Assembly: GCA_047602405.1 (NCBI GenBank)
Contig: JASGHJ010000001.1
Span: 128,001-192,000, forward strand
Origin: Anaeromyxobacteraceae bacterium
GTDB taxonomy: Bacteria > Myxococcota > Myxococcia > Myxococcales > Anaeromyxobacteraceae
Length of the DNA: 64,000 bases
Direction of reading: 5' to 3'
In this document: in pieces, positions 20,391-31,500 of the stretch
How positions within the stretch are numbered: position 1 is the stretch's first letter
How the letters are laid out: each line of letters begins with the position of its first letter
Position numbers and translations under genes: made by a program
Notes under the pieces: generated by a model
What the model was told of the DNA's origin: nothing
The model's database searches: none
Seen by the model: the letters and a program-made list of their open reading frames with translations, nothing else

Positions 20391-20995
20391 GCCTCCACCT
20401 CCACGCCTGCGGGCCCGAGGTCCTCCGGCCGGTCCACGTCCACGGCCTCCCCGGCAGGGCGGGAGACCCACGCCACGCGCAGGCCCGGCCCGGCCAGGAG
20501 CGCGCGCGGCCCCGCGTCGCCGGAGAGGGCCGCGAGCCGCGGGAACAGCGCCGCCTCGAAGAAGGTCGGCGGCGCCACGACGTCGCCGTAGCGCGTGCCC
20601 ACGGCCGCCGCGCCGGTGGCGCGTCGCGCGACCAGCACGGCCCGGACCCCGTCCGCACCCGCGCGCGGCATGTCCCCGAGCGACACCACCACGCCCGCGA
20701 GGCCGCCGGGCAGCGCCCTCACGCCGGCGGCGAGGGAGCTCCCCATGCCCGCCTCGAACCCCGGGAACTCGATCACGTCGCACCCGGCACCGCCGAGCGC
20801 CTCGCGCACGCTCGGCGCCTCGTGCCCCACCACGACCACCACCGGCGCGAGCCCGGCCTCGAGGGCCGCGCGCGCGGCACGCCGCACGAGCGGCTCGCCC
20901 CCGGCGCGGAGCAGGAGCTTGTTGCGCCCGTCGCCGAGCCGCCTCGACGCCCCGGCCGCGAGGACGATGCCCGCGATGCGCTCCTCGCCGCTCAC
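20387..20995 (-). CDS. mocA: Molybdenum cofactor cytidylyltransferase-like NTP transferase
   Basis: IVLAAGASRRLG..NKLL, GMGSSL, LGDMP, DVDRPED. Confidence 0.85.
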   Translation of the reverse strand: MSGEERIAGIVLAAGASRRLGDGRNKLLLRAGGEPLVRRAARAALEAGLAPVVVVVGHEAPSVREALGGAGCDVIEFPGFEAGMGSSLAAGVRALPGGLAGVVVSLGDMPRAGADGVRAVLVARRATGAAAVGTRYGDVVAPPTFFEAALFPRLAALSGDAGPRALLAGPGLRVAWVSRPAGEAVDVDRPEDLGPAGVEVEA

Positions 20996-23106
20996 GCCTT
21001 CTCCGCGGCCCCGAGCGGCAGCCTGCGGAGCCGCTTGCCGGTGAGCGCGAACAGCGCGTTCGCCACGGCCGGCGCGATCGGCGGGGTCGCCGGCTCGCCC
21101 ACGCCGCCCGGGGGCTCCTTGCTCGGGAGGATGTGGACGTCGATCGCCGGCATCTCGTTCATGCGGATCGGCTCGAAGCCGTCGAAGTTGCCCTGCACGA
21201 CCGCGCCGCCCTCGACGGTGATGGCGTTCCTCAGCGCCGCGCCGAGGCCGTAAGCGATGGCGCTCTCCGCCTGGGCCTCCACGGTGTCCGGGTTGACGAC
21301 GAGCCCGCAGTCGAACGCGCACGTCACGCGGTGCACGCGCGGCCGGCCGCCCTCGAGCGACACCTCCGCGACCTCGGCGACGTAGGAGCCGAACGAGGCG
21401 TGGCACGCGATGCCGCGGGCGCGGCCGGGCGGCGGCGCCGTGCGCCAGCCCGCCTTCGCGGCGGCGAGCTCGAGCACGCCGCGCAGGCGGCTCGCGGCCG
21501 GGAGGTGCGCGAGCCGGAACGCGAGCGGATCCGTGCCGGCGGCCGCGGCGAGCTCGTCGAGGAAGCACTCCTCGGGGAAGGCGTTCTGCGAGCTGTACAC
21601 GGAGCGCCACCAGCCGAGCCGCACGCCGACGTCCGGCACCGCGCAGTCGACCCGCAGGGCGCCCGCCGCGTACGGGACGTCCGCGGCGCCCTCGACCACG
21701 TCGGGCCGGTCTCGCCCCGGCCGCGGCTCGGGGCCGAAGATCGAGGCCGACGCGGAGGGCGCGCGCACCCGGTGGGTCCACGCGACGAGCCTCCCGGCGG
21801 CGTCCAGGCCGCCGGAGAGCTCGTTCACGCCCGGCGGCCGGTACCAGTCGCCGCGCATGTCGTCCTCGCGGGTCCAGGTCACCTTCACCGGGACCCCGGC
21901 CGCGCGCGAGACCTCCGCCGCCTCCACGACGAAGTCCCACATCGCCCGCCGGCCGAAGCCGCCGCCGAGGAGCGTCACGTGCAGCGTCACGGCGGCCTCC
22001 GGGATCCCGAGCGCCTTCGCCACCGCCGGGATCGCCCACGTGGGCGCCTGCGTCGGCGCCCAGAGCTCGACCGCGCCCCTCTTCACGTGGGCGGTCGCGT
22101 TCATGGGCTCCATCGTGGCGTGCGCGAGGAACGGCACCTCGTACGTCGCCTCGAGCCTCCTCGCGGCGCCGGCGAGCGCGGCGGCGACGTCGCCCTCCTT
22201 GCGCGCCCAGCCCGTCTGCACCGGCGCCTCGACGAGCCGCCGCCGCACCTCCGCCTGATCCACGGCGCCGTTCGGCCCGGCCTCGAAGGTCGCCGCCAGC
22301 CGCTCGCGGCCCCTCAGCGCCGCCCAGGTCGAGCGCGCGACCACCGCGACGCCGCTCGGCACCTGCACCACCTGCTCGACGCCGGACACCGCGAGCGCGG
22401 CCTTCGCGTCGAACGCCTTCACCTTCCCGCCGAGCACGGGCGGCCGCGCGACGGCGGCGTACCGCATGCCCGGCACGCTCACGTCGAGGCCGAAGCGGGC
22501 CTTGCCGTTCGTCTTGTCCGGCGTGTCGACCCGGGGCAGCCGCTGGCCGATGATCCGGAACTGCTCCGGCGGCTTCAGCGCGACCTCCTTCGGGACGGGC
22601 TCCTTCGCGGCGGCCGCGGCGAGCGCCCCGTAGCCGAGCCGCCGGCCCGACGGGCCGTGGATGACCTCGCCGCGCTCGGCGCGGCAGGTCGACGGGTCCA
22701 CCTTCCACCGCCGGGCGGCCGCGGCCACGAGCATGACCCTCGCCGTCGCGCCCGCCTCCCGCAGCGTCTTCCAGGACCGGCGCACGCTCGAGGAGCCCCC
22801 CGTGAGCATGGGGCCGAACCGCGGGAGCGCGTCGGCCTGCACGACCTTCACCTTCGCCCAGTCGGCCTCGAGGTCCTCCGCCACCAGCATCGGCATGGAC
22901 GTGAAGACGCCCTGCCCCATCTCCGCCTTCGCGAGGAAGACGGTCACGACGCCGTCGGTCCCGACGCGCAGCCACGCGTTCGGCTCGAGCGCGGCCGCGC
23001 GCGGCGCGGCCTCGGCCCGGTCCGGCAGCGCGAGCGAGAGCCACAGGCCGGCGCCGCCGAGGGCGGTGGTGCCGAGGAACGTCCGGCGTCCCACGCGCGC
23101 GGTCAC
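20992..23106 (-). CDS. Xanthine/isoquinoline oxidoreductase family molybdopterin subunit (IorB-like), Tat signal
   Basis: GRRTFLG Tat motif; EMGQG, TGGSSS, HATMEP, GGGFGRR, WRSV, GGVGEP. Confidence 0.92.
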   Translation of the reverse strand: MTARVGRRTFLGTTALGGAGLWLSLALPDRAEAAPRAAALEPNAWLRVGTDGVVTVFLAKAEMGQGVFTSMPMLVAEDLEADWAKVKVVQADALPRFGPMLTGGSSSVRRSWKTLREAGATARVMLVAAAARRWKVDPSTCRAERGEVIHGPSGRRLGYGALAAAAAKEPVPKEVALKPPEQFRIIGQRLPRVDTPDKTNGKARFGLDVSVPGMRYAAVARPPVLGGKVKAFDAKAALAVSGVEQVVQVPSGVAVVARSTWAALRGRERLAATFEAGPNGAVDQAEVRRRLVEAPVQTGWARKEGDVAAALAGAARRLEATYEVPFLAHATMEPMNATAHVKRGAVELWAPTQAPTWAIPAVAKALGIPEAAVTLHVTLLGGGFGRRAMWDFVVEAAEVSRAAGVPVKVTWTREDDMRGDWYRPPGVNELSGGLDAAGRLVAWTHRVRAPSASASIFGPEPRPGRDRPDVVEGAADVPYAAGALRVDCAVPDVGVRLGWWRSVYSSQNAFPEECFLDELAAAAGTDPLAFRLAHLPAASRLRGVLELAAAKAGWRTAPPPGRARGIACHASFGSYVAEVAEVSLEGGRPRVHRVTCAFDCGLVVNPDTVEAQAESAIAYGLGAALRNAITVEGGAVVQGNFDGFEPIRMNEMPAIDVHILPSKEPPGGVGEPATPPIAPAVANALFALTGKRLRRLPLGAAEKA

Positions 23107-23567
23107 GGCGTCACCCCCGCGGCGCGCCGGATGGCCCGGCGGATCCGGTTGTACGTCCCGCAGCGGCAGAGGATCCCGCTCATCGCGGCGTCGACGTCCG
23201 CCTCGGTCGGGTGCGGGGTGCGCGCGAGGAGCGCCGCCGCGGCCATGATCTGGCCCGACTGGCAGTAGCCGCACTGCGGGACCTCCTCGGCGATCCAGGC
23301 CTTCTGGAGCGGGTGATCGCCCGCGGCGGCGAGCCCCTCGATCGTGGTCACCTCGTGGCCCGCGGCCTCGGCGATCGAGGTCTGGCAGGAGCGCGTCTCC
23401 TTGCCGTCGAGGTGCACGGTGCACGCGCCGCAGAGCGCCTGGCCGCAGCCGAACTTCGTGCCGGTGAGCCCCAGCGTGTCCCGCAGGATCCAGAGGAGCG
23501 GCGTCTCCGGGTCGGCCTCCACGGTGCGGGCCTTGCCGTTCACGACGAGCTCGAAGCGCTCGGACAT
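23103..23567 (-). CDS. (2Fe-2S)-binding subunit (IorA-like)
   Basis: [31 protein letters not shown]. Confidence 0.93.
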   Translation of the reverse strand: MSERFELVVNGKARTVEADPETPLLWILRDTLGLTGTKFGCGQALCGACTVHLDGKETRSCQTSIAEAAGHEVTTIEGLAAAGDHPLQKAWIAEEVPQCGYCQSGQIMAAAALLARTPHPTEADVDAAMSGILCRCGTYNRIRRAIRRAAGVTP

Positions 23568-23702
23568 GGGACCTCCGGTCGGAAAGGTGAGGCGGAGCGT
23601 AGCCCCGCCGGCCGCGGGCTGCACGAGGTGCGCTGGGGTGGCGATCCCGGCAGGGGCCATTCGATCGGCCCATCCCCGGCCCGGAGGACCTACAATCGCG
23701 GG

Positions 23703-24320
23703 GTGCCTTCCCTGCACGCCTCGTTCATCTTCGTGCTCGATCTGTCCGGCCCGCAGGGCCCCGCGACGCTCGCCGCGTTCCGCCCGGCGATCGCGCCGCT
23801 CGTGGAGTCGCGCGTGAACCCGGACGGCCGCCTCGGCGTGGTCGCGCTCCACGGCCGGAGCGCCGACGTCGCCGTCCCGCCCACCGGCTCCGCCGAGCGC
23901 GCGCGCCGCCAGCTCGCGGGCCTGCCCTTCGGCGGCAGCCCCTCCCTCGCGCCCGGCCTGCGCACCGCGCTCCAGCTCGCCGCGCAGGAGGCGACCCGCC
24001 TCGAGGCGCCGGTCCCGCTCCTCGTGCTCGTCTCCGATGCCGAGGCCCTCGAGATCGACGCGAAGGCCCTCGTGCCCGCCGCGCGGCTCGCCGCGCTCGG
24101 GATCCCGGCGCTCGTGCTCGACACCGCGCCGCGTGGCCCGCGGGCCCGGCGCGCGAGCGCGCTGCGGCGGGTGGCGGACGCGATGCGGGCGCCGCTGCTC
24201 AGGCCCGGCGGGATCTCGACGGAGCTCCTCGCCTCGACCGCGCTCAACGCCGCCGCGATCGCGGCGCGCGACGACCGGTGGAGCCCGCCGCGGAAGGCCG
24301 CGGCGCGGCGGCCGCGCTGA
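23703..24320 (+). CDS. Stand-alone vWA domain protein (ChlD C-terminal-like, degenerate MIDAS)
   Basis: [34 protein letters not shown]. Confidence 0.65.
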   Translation: MPSLHASFIFVLDLSGPQGPATLAAFRPAIAPLVESRVNPDGRLGVVALHGRSADVAVPPTGSAERARRQLAGLPFGGSPSLAPGLRTALQLAAQEATRLEAPVPLLVLVSDAEALEIDAKALVPAARLAALGIPALVLDTAPRGPRARRASALRRVADAMRAPLLRPGGISTELLASTALNAAAIAARDDRWSPPRKAAARRPR

Positions 24321-24756
24321 GCTCCGCGACGAGCCGCGCGTACACCGCCCTCCTGAACGGCACCGCCCGCCGCACGAGCTCCGCGGGCGTGACCCAGTCC
24401 GCCTCCTCGAACTCGACGCCGTCCGGCTTCACGAGCGATCGCGGCCCGGAGAGCCGGCACAGGAACCACCGCTGCACCTGGCCGCGGCCGACCTTCTCGT
24501 TCCAGTACGCGCGCGGCAGCTCGTAGGCGAGCCACTCCGGCACCTCGCGCTCGACGCGCACGCTCCGCCGCGCGAGCCCGGTCTCCTCGAGGAGCTCGCG
24601 CCGGAGCGTCTCGACCGGCCGCTCGTCGCCGTCGACGCCGCCCTGCGGGAGCTGCCAGCCGTGGCGCCGCACGCCCTTCCTGCGCAGCACCAGGATCGCC
24701 CCCTCCGCGTCCCGCACGAGCGCCCCCACCCCGGCCCTGAAGTACACGCGCGTCAT
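24244..24756 (-). CDS. rppH: RNA pyrophosphohydrolase-like Nudix hydrolase
   Basis: [17 protein letters not shown]...[31 protein letters not shown]. Confidence 0.8.
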   Translation of the reverse strand: MTRVYFRAGVGALVRDAEGAILVLRRKGVRRHGWQLPQGGVDGDERPVETLRRELLEETGLARRSVRVEREVPEWLAYELPRAYWNEKVGRGQVQRWFLCRLSGPRSLVKPDGVEFEEADWVTPAELVRRAVPFRRAVYARLVAELSAAAAPRPSAAGSTGRRAPRSRRR

Positions 24757-24834
24757 GTCAGCATCCTCTCACGACCCGGGCGGCACGCACCCACCGGTCG
24801 CCGGGAGGCCTAGACTCCGCGTGGAGGTTCTCCC

Positions 24835-26022
24835 ATGCCCCTCGACCCCTCCCTGACGCTCGACCCCACCTCCGGCGACGGCGACTCCGCCGACGGCGAG
24901 GCCGGGAAGCCGCTCGACCCGCGGCCCGCGCTCTGCCTCTCGGGCGGCGGCTACCGCGCGATGATCTTCCACGTCGGCGCGCTGTGGCGGCTCAACGAGC
25001 TCGGGTGGCTGTCGAAGCTGGGCCGCGTGTCGTCGGTCTCCGGCGGCTCCATCACCGCGGGCGTGCTCGCGCTCGCGTGGAAGGAGCTCGCGTTCGATCC
25101 CGCCACCGGCGTCTCGGCGGCGTTCGACGCGCGCGTCGTGCAGCCGCTCCGGAAGATGGCGAGCACCGGCGTCGACGTGGGCGCGGTGCTCACCGGCGCG
25201 CTCCTGCCGTTCGTCACCATCTCCGACCGCGTCGCCGCCGCGTACCGCGAGCACCTGTTCCGCAAGGCGAAGCTCGCCGACCTGCCCTCCGACGCCGAGG
25301 GTCCGCGCTTCGTCTTCAACACCACGAGCCTGCAGACCGGCGCGCTGCTCCGCTTCTCGCGCCCGTACGCGGCCGACTACCACCTCGGCCAGCTCGTCGA
25401 GCCGGACATCGGGCTCGCGGAGGTCGTCGCGGCGTCCTCGGCGTTCCCGCCGATCCTGTCGCCCGCCGAGGTCGAGCTCCGCGGGAAGCGCTGGGATCCG
25501 GAGCCGCCGCCCCCCGGCATGGCGGGCTACCGCGGGAGGGCGCAGCTCACAGACGGCGGCGTGTACGACAACCTCGGCCTCGAGACCGTCTGGAAGCGCC
25601 ACAGGCTCGTGCTCGTCTCGGACGGCGGCGGCGCGATGGACAGCGACCAGCACCCGCCGACCGACTGGGCGCGCCACACCGTGCGCGTGCTCAACATCAT
25701 CGACAACCAGGTGCGCTCGCTGCGCAAGCGCATCCTCGTCGACGGCTTCAAGGCGAAGCTCCGCGAGGGCGCCTACTGGGGCATCCGCGCGGACCAGGCG
25801 AAGTACCCGGTGAAGAGCGCGATCGCGGTGCCGTTCGACCGCTCCCTGAAGCTCGCGAACGAGCCCACCCGGCTCGCGAGGATGGACCCGCAGGTGCAGG
25901 AGCGGCTCATCAACTGGGGCTACGCCGTCTGCGACTCGGCGATGCGGAGCCACGTGGTGGAGCCGGCGGCGTTCGCGAAGGTGAAGGGGGCGGCGCTGCC
26001 GTATCCGAACGCGGGGGTGTGA
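24835..26022 (+). CDS. Patatin-like phospholipase
   Basis: LSGGGYRA, SSVSGGS, ASSAFP, DGGVYDNLG. Confidence 0.9.
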   Translation: MPLDPSLTLDPTSGDGDSADGEAGKPLDPRPALCLSGGGYRAMIFHVGALWRLNELGWLSKLGRVSSVSGGSITAGVLALAWKELAFDPATGVSAAFDARVVQPLRKMASTGVDVGAVLTGALLPFVTISDRVAAAYREHLFRKAKLADLPSDAEGPRFVFNTTSLQTGALLRFSRPYAADYHLGQLVEPDIGLAEVVAASSAFPPILSPAEVELRGKRWDPEPPPPGMAGYRGRAQLTDGGVYDNLGLETVWKRHRLVLVSDGGGAMDSDQHPPTDWARHTVRVLNIIDNQVRSLRKRILVDGFKAKLREGAYWGIRADQAKYPVKSAIAVPFDRSLKLANEPTRLARMDPQVQERLINWGYAVCDSAMRSHVVEPAAFAKVKGAALPYPNAGV

Positions 26023-26025
26023 TCG

Positions 26026-26955
26026 TCACGGCTGCCCCAGCACCCAGCCCTCCTCCTCGACCACCGCCCTGAGCGCCTCGCCCTCGAGCCCGGGCTGCGG
26101 CCCGAGCAGCTTCGCGAGCGCGCCCGCCCGGTCGAGCTCCCGCGCCCACTCGCACAGCGCGAGCACCTGCGCCTCGTCGCGGATGGCCTCGCTCCGCAGC
26201 CGCACCCGGTCCTCGACGATCCCGGGCCAACACTCGGCGAGGAGGATCCGGACGCCCTCCGGCAGCGTCGTCGCGAACCCGGTCTCGAACGGCCACACGG
26301 CGCTCGCGGCCATGAGCGCCGGGTCGTCGCGCAGCGCGCGCACGCGCGGGATGCCGGTGAGCGCCTGGCTCCCGACCGAACCGACCCCGAGGAGCTTCCA
26401 GCACTCCTGCACGCCCGTGAGCCGCGCGTCACACGTCCGCAGCCGTACGAGCGGCACTCCGCCCCGCGCCATGAAGGCCGGCCGGAAGCCCGGGCTCGTC
26501 GGCGCGAGCGCGCGCCACACCGGCGCGTCCGCCGGGTTCCGCCGTGAGATCGGACGTCCCCAGAACGGTCCCGGGCCGCCGCCCGCGGCCGCGTTCAGCG
26601 CCATCGCGACCTCGAAGCGGTTCGACCGATTGTCGTCGCCGTCGATGAGCCGCGCCGAGAGCGCGTCCCAGGTCGCGCGCCAGGCGGGGCCTTCGAGGCC
26701 GAGCGCCTTCGCGAAGCCGCGGGGGTAGCCGAGCGGGAAGTCGAACCCGGCGAGCACGCGCTCTCCACGGGCGAGGGCCTCGAGGAGCAGGGTGCGGACG
26801 TGCGCGGTGCCCTCGGCGCGGGTGCGGCAGTACTGCGCCGCCGCGGGGCGGCCGCGCCGGAAGGTGCCGATCCAGATGGAGTCCTTGCGCGGGCGCGCCG
26901 AGCCGCGGCCGGTCCGGGCGCTCCAGTCCACGAACACGTACGCGTCGAAGAGCAT
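26026..26955 (-). CDS. Conserved hypothetical protein, DUF429/RNase H-like pattern
   Basis: FDAYVFVDWSA, GFDFPLGYP, GSVGSQ, VWPFETG, AECWP, EEGWVLG. Confidence 0.65.
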   Translation of the reverse strand: MLFDAYVFVDWSARTGRGSARPRKDSIWIGTFRRGRPAAAQYCRTRAEGTAHVRTLLLEALARGERVLAGFDFPLGYPRGFAKALGLEGPAWRATWDALSARLIDGDDNRSNRFEVAMALNAAAGGGPGPFWGRPISRRNPADAPVWRALAPTSPGFRPAFMARGGVPLVRLRTCDARLTGVQECWKLLGVGSVGSQALTGIPRVRALRDDPALMAASAVWPFETGFATTLPEGVRILLAECWPGIVEDRVRLRSEAIRDEAQVLALCEWARELDRAGALAKLLGPQPGLEGEALRAVVEEEGWVLGQP

Positions 26956-27124
26956 CCGTGCGGCTTCCCCTTCCTCGGCCAACGCAGTGTAGCTGGCACG
27001 CCCGCCGCAATGTCGATCCCTCGCGACGCGCCCGCCGCGGATTCACGGCGCTTTCCACGGTGGACACCGGACGCGCCGCGGACCTGGGTCCGCGGAACGG
27101 ACGCCGTCGCGAAAGGGGCTCCGC

Positions 27125-27859
27125 ATGGCCGGCGCAGCGACGAACCTCATCGTCTTCCCCGCGCGCAGACGTCTGCGCGACCTCCTGTGCGAGCGCATCC
27201 ACGGGCTCGACGAGGACGTGGTCGACGAGGCGCGGCGCATCGGTGACGCCGAGGCGGCCGAGGTGGTCGTGGCCATCCTCGACGGCGCCTCGCCCCGGCA
27301 CCCCGACGACCTCGCGCCCGTGCGCGCGGGCCAGCTCGCGGGCGAGCTGCGCCTCGAGGGCGCGTTCCCGGCGCTGACGCGCGCCTGGGAGCGGGCCGAC
27401 GACGGGCGCTTGCTCGACGTCGTCCTCGACGTGTCCCTCCTCCCCTGCATCGTCAGATATGGCGCGCGGGCCCGCCCGTACGTCGACGCCGCCGTCGCGG
27501 CCTGCGCCGACCCGATCCGCCGGGCCTTCCTCGAGGACGTGCGCGCCGCCGCGTGGCGAAGCCATCACCGGTCTCGCGAGACGCTCCTGATGCGCGCCTG
27601 GGACGACCCCCTCATCGCCGGGGGCCGCCTCGTCGACCGCGGCGACTGGCGCGCCATCCCCGGGCTGGTGGTGGCCTTCGACGGCATCCACGCGCTCGAG
27701 GATCCCCTCCCGGGCCGGCGGTCGGACCGCCTCGAGGCGCTCGAGCACACCCTGCGCATGCTCGGCGCCGTGCTCACCGCGGAGCGCATCGCGAAGCTCG
27801 TCCACGCGAAGGAACAGGCCGTCGCGTGGCGCGGGCCGAAGGGGGGAGGGTTGAGATGA
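27125..27859 (+). CDS. Hypothetical helical protein
   Basis: 244-aa ORF with good codon bias; HEAT-like segment AGQLAGELRLEGAFPAL. Confidence 0.6.
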   Translation: MAGAATNLIVFPARRRLRDLLCERIHGLDEDVVDEARRIGDAEAAEVVVAILDGASPRHPDDLAPVRAGQLAGELRLEGAFPALTRAWERADDGRLLDVVLDVSLLPCIVRYGARARPYVDAAVAACADPIRRAFLEDVRAAAWRSHHRSRETLLMRAWDDPLIAGGRLVDRGDWRAIPGLVVAFDGIHALEDPLPGRRSDRLEALEHTLRMLGAVLTAERIAKLVHAKEQAVAWRGPKGGGLR

Positions 27860-27912
27860 CGACCGGGAGTCACCACAATGGTTCCGAAACGGTTGCATTG
27901 TCCGGAGCCACC

Positions 27913-28188
27913 ATGCCCTCGCTCACGCTGAAGAACATTCCGACCCCGGTCCTCCAGGCGCTGCGCGAATCCGCCGAGGCATCCCGGCGCAGCATCAACC
28001 AGCAGGCCATCCAGCTCCTCTCCAGGGCGCTCGGCCTCGAGGGAGGCGGAATCTCCCCCGAGCGCGTCGTTGCGCAGGTCGAGGCCTGGCGACGCCTCGC
28101 AGGTCGCTGGAAGTCCGACCTCTCGCCCGAACAGGAGATCGCGGCGATCCGCAAGGCCCGGACCCGGGGCCGGAAGGTCGACCTGTGA
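27913..28188 (+). CDS. FitA/VapB-type ribbon-helix-helix antitoxin
   Basis: MPSLTLKNIP..V..ALR..A...RRSINQQ; GTGA overlap with PIN toxin. Confidence 0.85.
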   Translation: MPSLTLKNIPTPVLQALRESAEASRRSINQQAIQLLSRALGLEGGGISPERVVAQVEAWRRLAGRWKSDLSPEQEIAAIRKARTRGRKVDL

Positions 28189-28580
28189 GGCTCCTCGACA
28201 CCGACACCTGCATCTGGCTGCTTCGCGGTGACGCCCGCGTGCTCGAGCAGCGCGCCCGCATCCTCGACGAGGTCGCGACGACCTGGATCACCGCCTCCGA
28301 GCTCTTCTACGGTGCGGCGCGCTCCAGGCACCCGGAGTCCAGCGCTGCCCACGTGCTGGAGCTCCTCAACACGATGCCGATCCTCGAGCTCGACGCGGTG
28401 TCATGCCGCATCTTCGGGGAGGCGAAGGCCCTGCTCGAGAGGCGCGGCGAGCGGCTCTCCGATGCCGACCTCCTCATAGGCGCCATGGCTGCCGCGCGCG
28501 GAGCCGTCCTCGTCACGGGCAACGTTCGCCACTTCTCACGCATGCCTGGCGTGACCCTCGAGAGCTGGCTCCGCCCCTGA
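28185..28580 (+). CDS. vapC: VapC PIN-domain toxin
   Basis: LLDTDTC, SELFYGA, DADLLIGA, LVTGNVRHF. Confidence 0.92.
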   Translation: MRLLDTDTCIWLLRGDARVLEQRARILDEVATTWITASELFYGAARSRHPESSAAHVLELLNTMPILELDAVSCRIFGEAKALLERRGERLSDADLLIGAMAAARGAVLVTGNVRHFSRMPGVTLESWLRP

Positions 28581-28589
28581 GGTCTCATC

Positions 28590-31500
28590 GTGCTCCCCGC
28601 GCTCGCCTTCGCTGCCGAACCCTCCTTCCCCTACGCCTGCGCCGCGCCCGCCGACGAGGCGTGCCCGTGCGGGAGCGGCCTCGGCTTCGACCGGTGCTGC
28701 GCGCTGCCGGAGCTCGCCGAGCGCCAGCTCACCCGCCTCGCCGTCTCGCGCTGGGCGTCCGCCCGCGGCGTGGAGGCCCAGCTCGAGGTCATGCTCCGCG
28801 AGGTCATCCGCAGCGCGCCAGGCTCCGGCGCGGGCGTGCCGCGCGGGCTCGGCGCGGGCTTCTCCGTCCTCGACGCGCTCGCGCCGCCGACGGGCTACCG
28901 CGGGAGCGACTACCACCTGCCCGAGCGCCTCCGGCTCGCGTGCTTCGACTTCCTGCTGGAGGAAGCCTCGCTCGTCCGCGAGGCGCGGACCCACGACGCG
29001 ACCCAGCTCCCGCGCCCGGAGCACCCCGGCCTCGCGCTCCTCTTCGATCGCCTCCTCGAGCTGCGCACCGAGGCGCTCCTCCATGCGTCACCTCGCCCGG
29101 TCCGCGCGCTCGCGCACGGCGAGCTCACCATCCTCGAGAGGCTGCAGCGGATCCGCTTCGTGGAGCACCGGTCGACGTCCTGCCCGGGCCAGGGTCCCAC
29201 GCACCCCGGCTTCGAGCTCGAGCTCAAGGGCGCTTCCCAGCGTCCCCTCCCGATGCCGCGGTGCAGCTGCGGCTCCGACGTGGGCTGCCTCCACGTCCTC
29301 GCCGCCATCGACCTCACCCTCTCCCGCATCGTCGACCCGCTGCGCGCCGGCGCCTGGCACGGGCTCGCCGACGAGCTCGCGACGCCCGACTGGTCGCGCG
29401 CGCTCGAGGCGCTCAAGGACGCCCGCGTTCCCACGGGCCTCGCGCGACGGCCTCGCCCGGAGCAGCTCGGCCGGCGGCCGCTCGCGTTCGTGCTCGGCCG
29501 CGACGGGATGGCCCGGCTCCTCGTGACGCCGTGGCTCATGCCGGCCGCCGGCGACGCGCCCGAACGTGCGGCCACGGGCGCCGACCTCTGGGACCGTGGC
29601 CTCGATCCTCGGGATGAGGACCGCTCGGTCCTCGGCGCGTTCGGCATCCTCAAGAAGAGCTTCTCCGGCCGCGGCGGCGTGACGGCCCGCATCGAGCGGG
29701 GCCAGGACCTCCAGGCGCTCCTCGGCCATCCGCGCGTCCACCTCGACACGGCCACGGGGCCGCGGGTCGCCGTCTCGACCGGCCACCTGGGCCTCCTCGT
29801 GCGGCCCGCCACGGCCGCCAGCGGGGCCGACGCCGGCGTCGAGGTGCTGACCGCGGTCGACGGCGAGCCGGTGCCGACGGAGGCGCTCGAGCAGCCCGGG
29901 AAGGACGACTCGAGCGCGCTCGTCTGGATCGACCGCGCGCGCGCCCGCGTGAAGATCGTGAACCCCGGCGCAGAGCCCGCGGCCGTCGCGATCGTCCTCG
30001 CGAGCCTCGCGCGCGTGAAGGGCCGGTTTCCCGTGGAGGCCGAGCCCGCGCTCATGGAGCAGCTCGACGTGCTGCAGGGCGTCCTCCCGCTCGCGGTCGA
30101 CCCCGGGCTCGTCGCCGAGGACGTCCCGCCGTCGACGACGCTGCTCGTGCGCCTCGAGCTCCTGGCGCACGGCCTCGCCGTCACCCTGCTCGCGCTCCCG
30201 CTCGTGGGCGCGACGCCGCAGCCGCCGGGCGCCGGGCCGGCCCGCGTCCTCTCGGTCGTGAACGGCAGGCGCCGTCAGGTGTGGCGCGCGCTCGAGGCCG
30301 AGCGCGCGGCGGCGCTCGCGCTCGTGGAGGCCCTGCAGCTGCCGGACCCCGAGAGCGCCGCGCTCGCCTGGGAGCTCGACGACGACGCCGCGGCCCACGC
30401 GCTCGTCACCCGCGTCCGCGAGGCGGCCGCCGACCGCGCCTCGGACGACCCGGGCTCTACCGCCAGCCTCCCGCCGCTGCTGGTCGAGTGGGTCGGCCAC
30501 GAAGTGCGCTGCGCGGGCGCCTTCCGGCTCGACGACTTCAAGGTGAAGGTCGGTGGCCGCAAGAGGGACTGGTTCGGCGTCGACGGGCGGGTCGAGGTCG
30601 ACGGCGTCTCGGTCGGCCTCGCCGCGCTCCTCCGCGCGCTGCGGGAGGGCCGCACGGTGCTCCGCGCCGACGACGGCGCCCTCCTCGCGCTCGGCGGCGA
30701 GCTCGCGGCCCGCCTCGCCGGGCTCGAGCAGGTGCTCACCCGCGACGACGAGGGCGACCTCGCCGCCGGGCCCGCCGCCGCGCTCACCATCGCCGACCTC
30801 GTCGATGACGGCGCCGTCCTCGATGCGAGCCCGGACTTCCTCGCGCTGCGCGACCGCATGCGCGCCTCCGCGGCCCGCCCGTGCCCGGTGCCGGAGACCT
30901 TCCAGGGGGCGCTGCGCCCGTACCAGGCCGAGGGCTTCCGCTGGCTCGCGCGCCTCTCCGGCTGGGCGCCCGGTGGCGTCCTCGCCGACGACATGGGGCT
31001 CGGGAAGACGCTCCAGGCGCTCGCGCTCCTCTGCGAGCGCGCCGGGAAGGGCCCGGCGCTCGTGCTCGCCCCGACCTCCGTCTGCGCGAACTGGCGCGAC
31101 GAGGCCGCCCGCTTCGCGCCCGGGCTCCGCGTGTCGCTCTACCGCGACGCCGACCGCTCGACCGGCGTGGACGCGCTCCGGGGCCTCGGCCCCGGCGACG
31201 TCCTCGTCGCGAGCTACGGCCTCCTCGTCTCGAACGCCGCCGCCTTCGAGGAGGCGACCTTCGCGACCCTCGTCATCGACGAGGCCCAGGCCGTGAAGAA
31301 CGCCGCCACCCGCCGGGCCCAGGTCGTGCGGGCCCTGAAGGCGGAGTTCACCGTCGCCCTCTCCGGCACGCCGCTCGAGAACCACCTCGGCGAGCTCTGG
31401 AGCCTCTACCGGATCGTCTACCCCGCGCTCCTCGGCAGCTGGGCGAGCTTCAAGCTGCGCTTCGCCGAGCCCATCGAGCAGTTCGGCCGCGAGGACGCCC

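Noticed and set aside
24835..26022. Patatin as a CBASS effector
   Set aside because: No CD-NTase or other CBASS genes nearby.
26994..27009. sigma54-like TGGCACG-N4-CCGCA
   Set aside because: The -12 element lacks the TT; too weak in GC-rich DNA.
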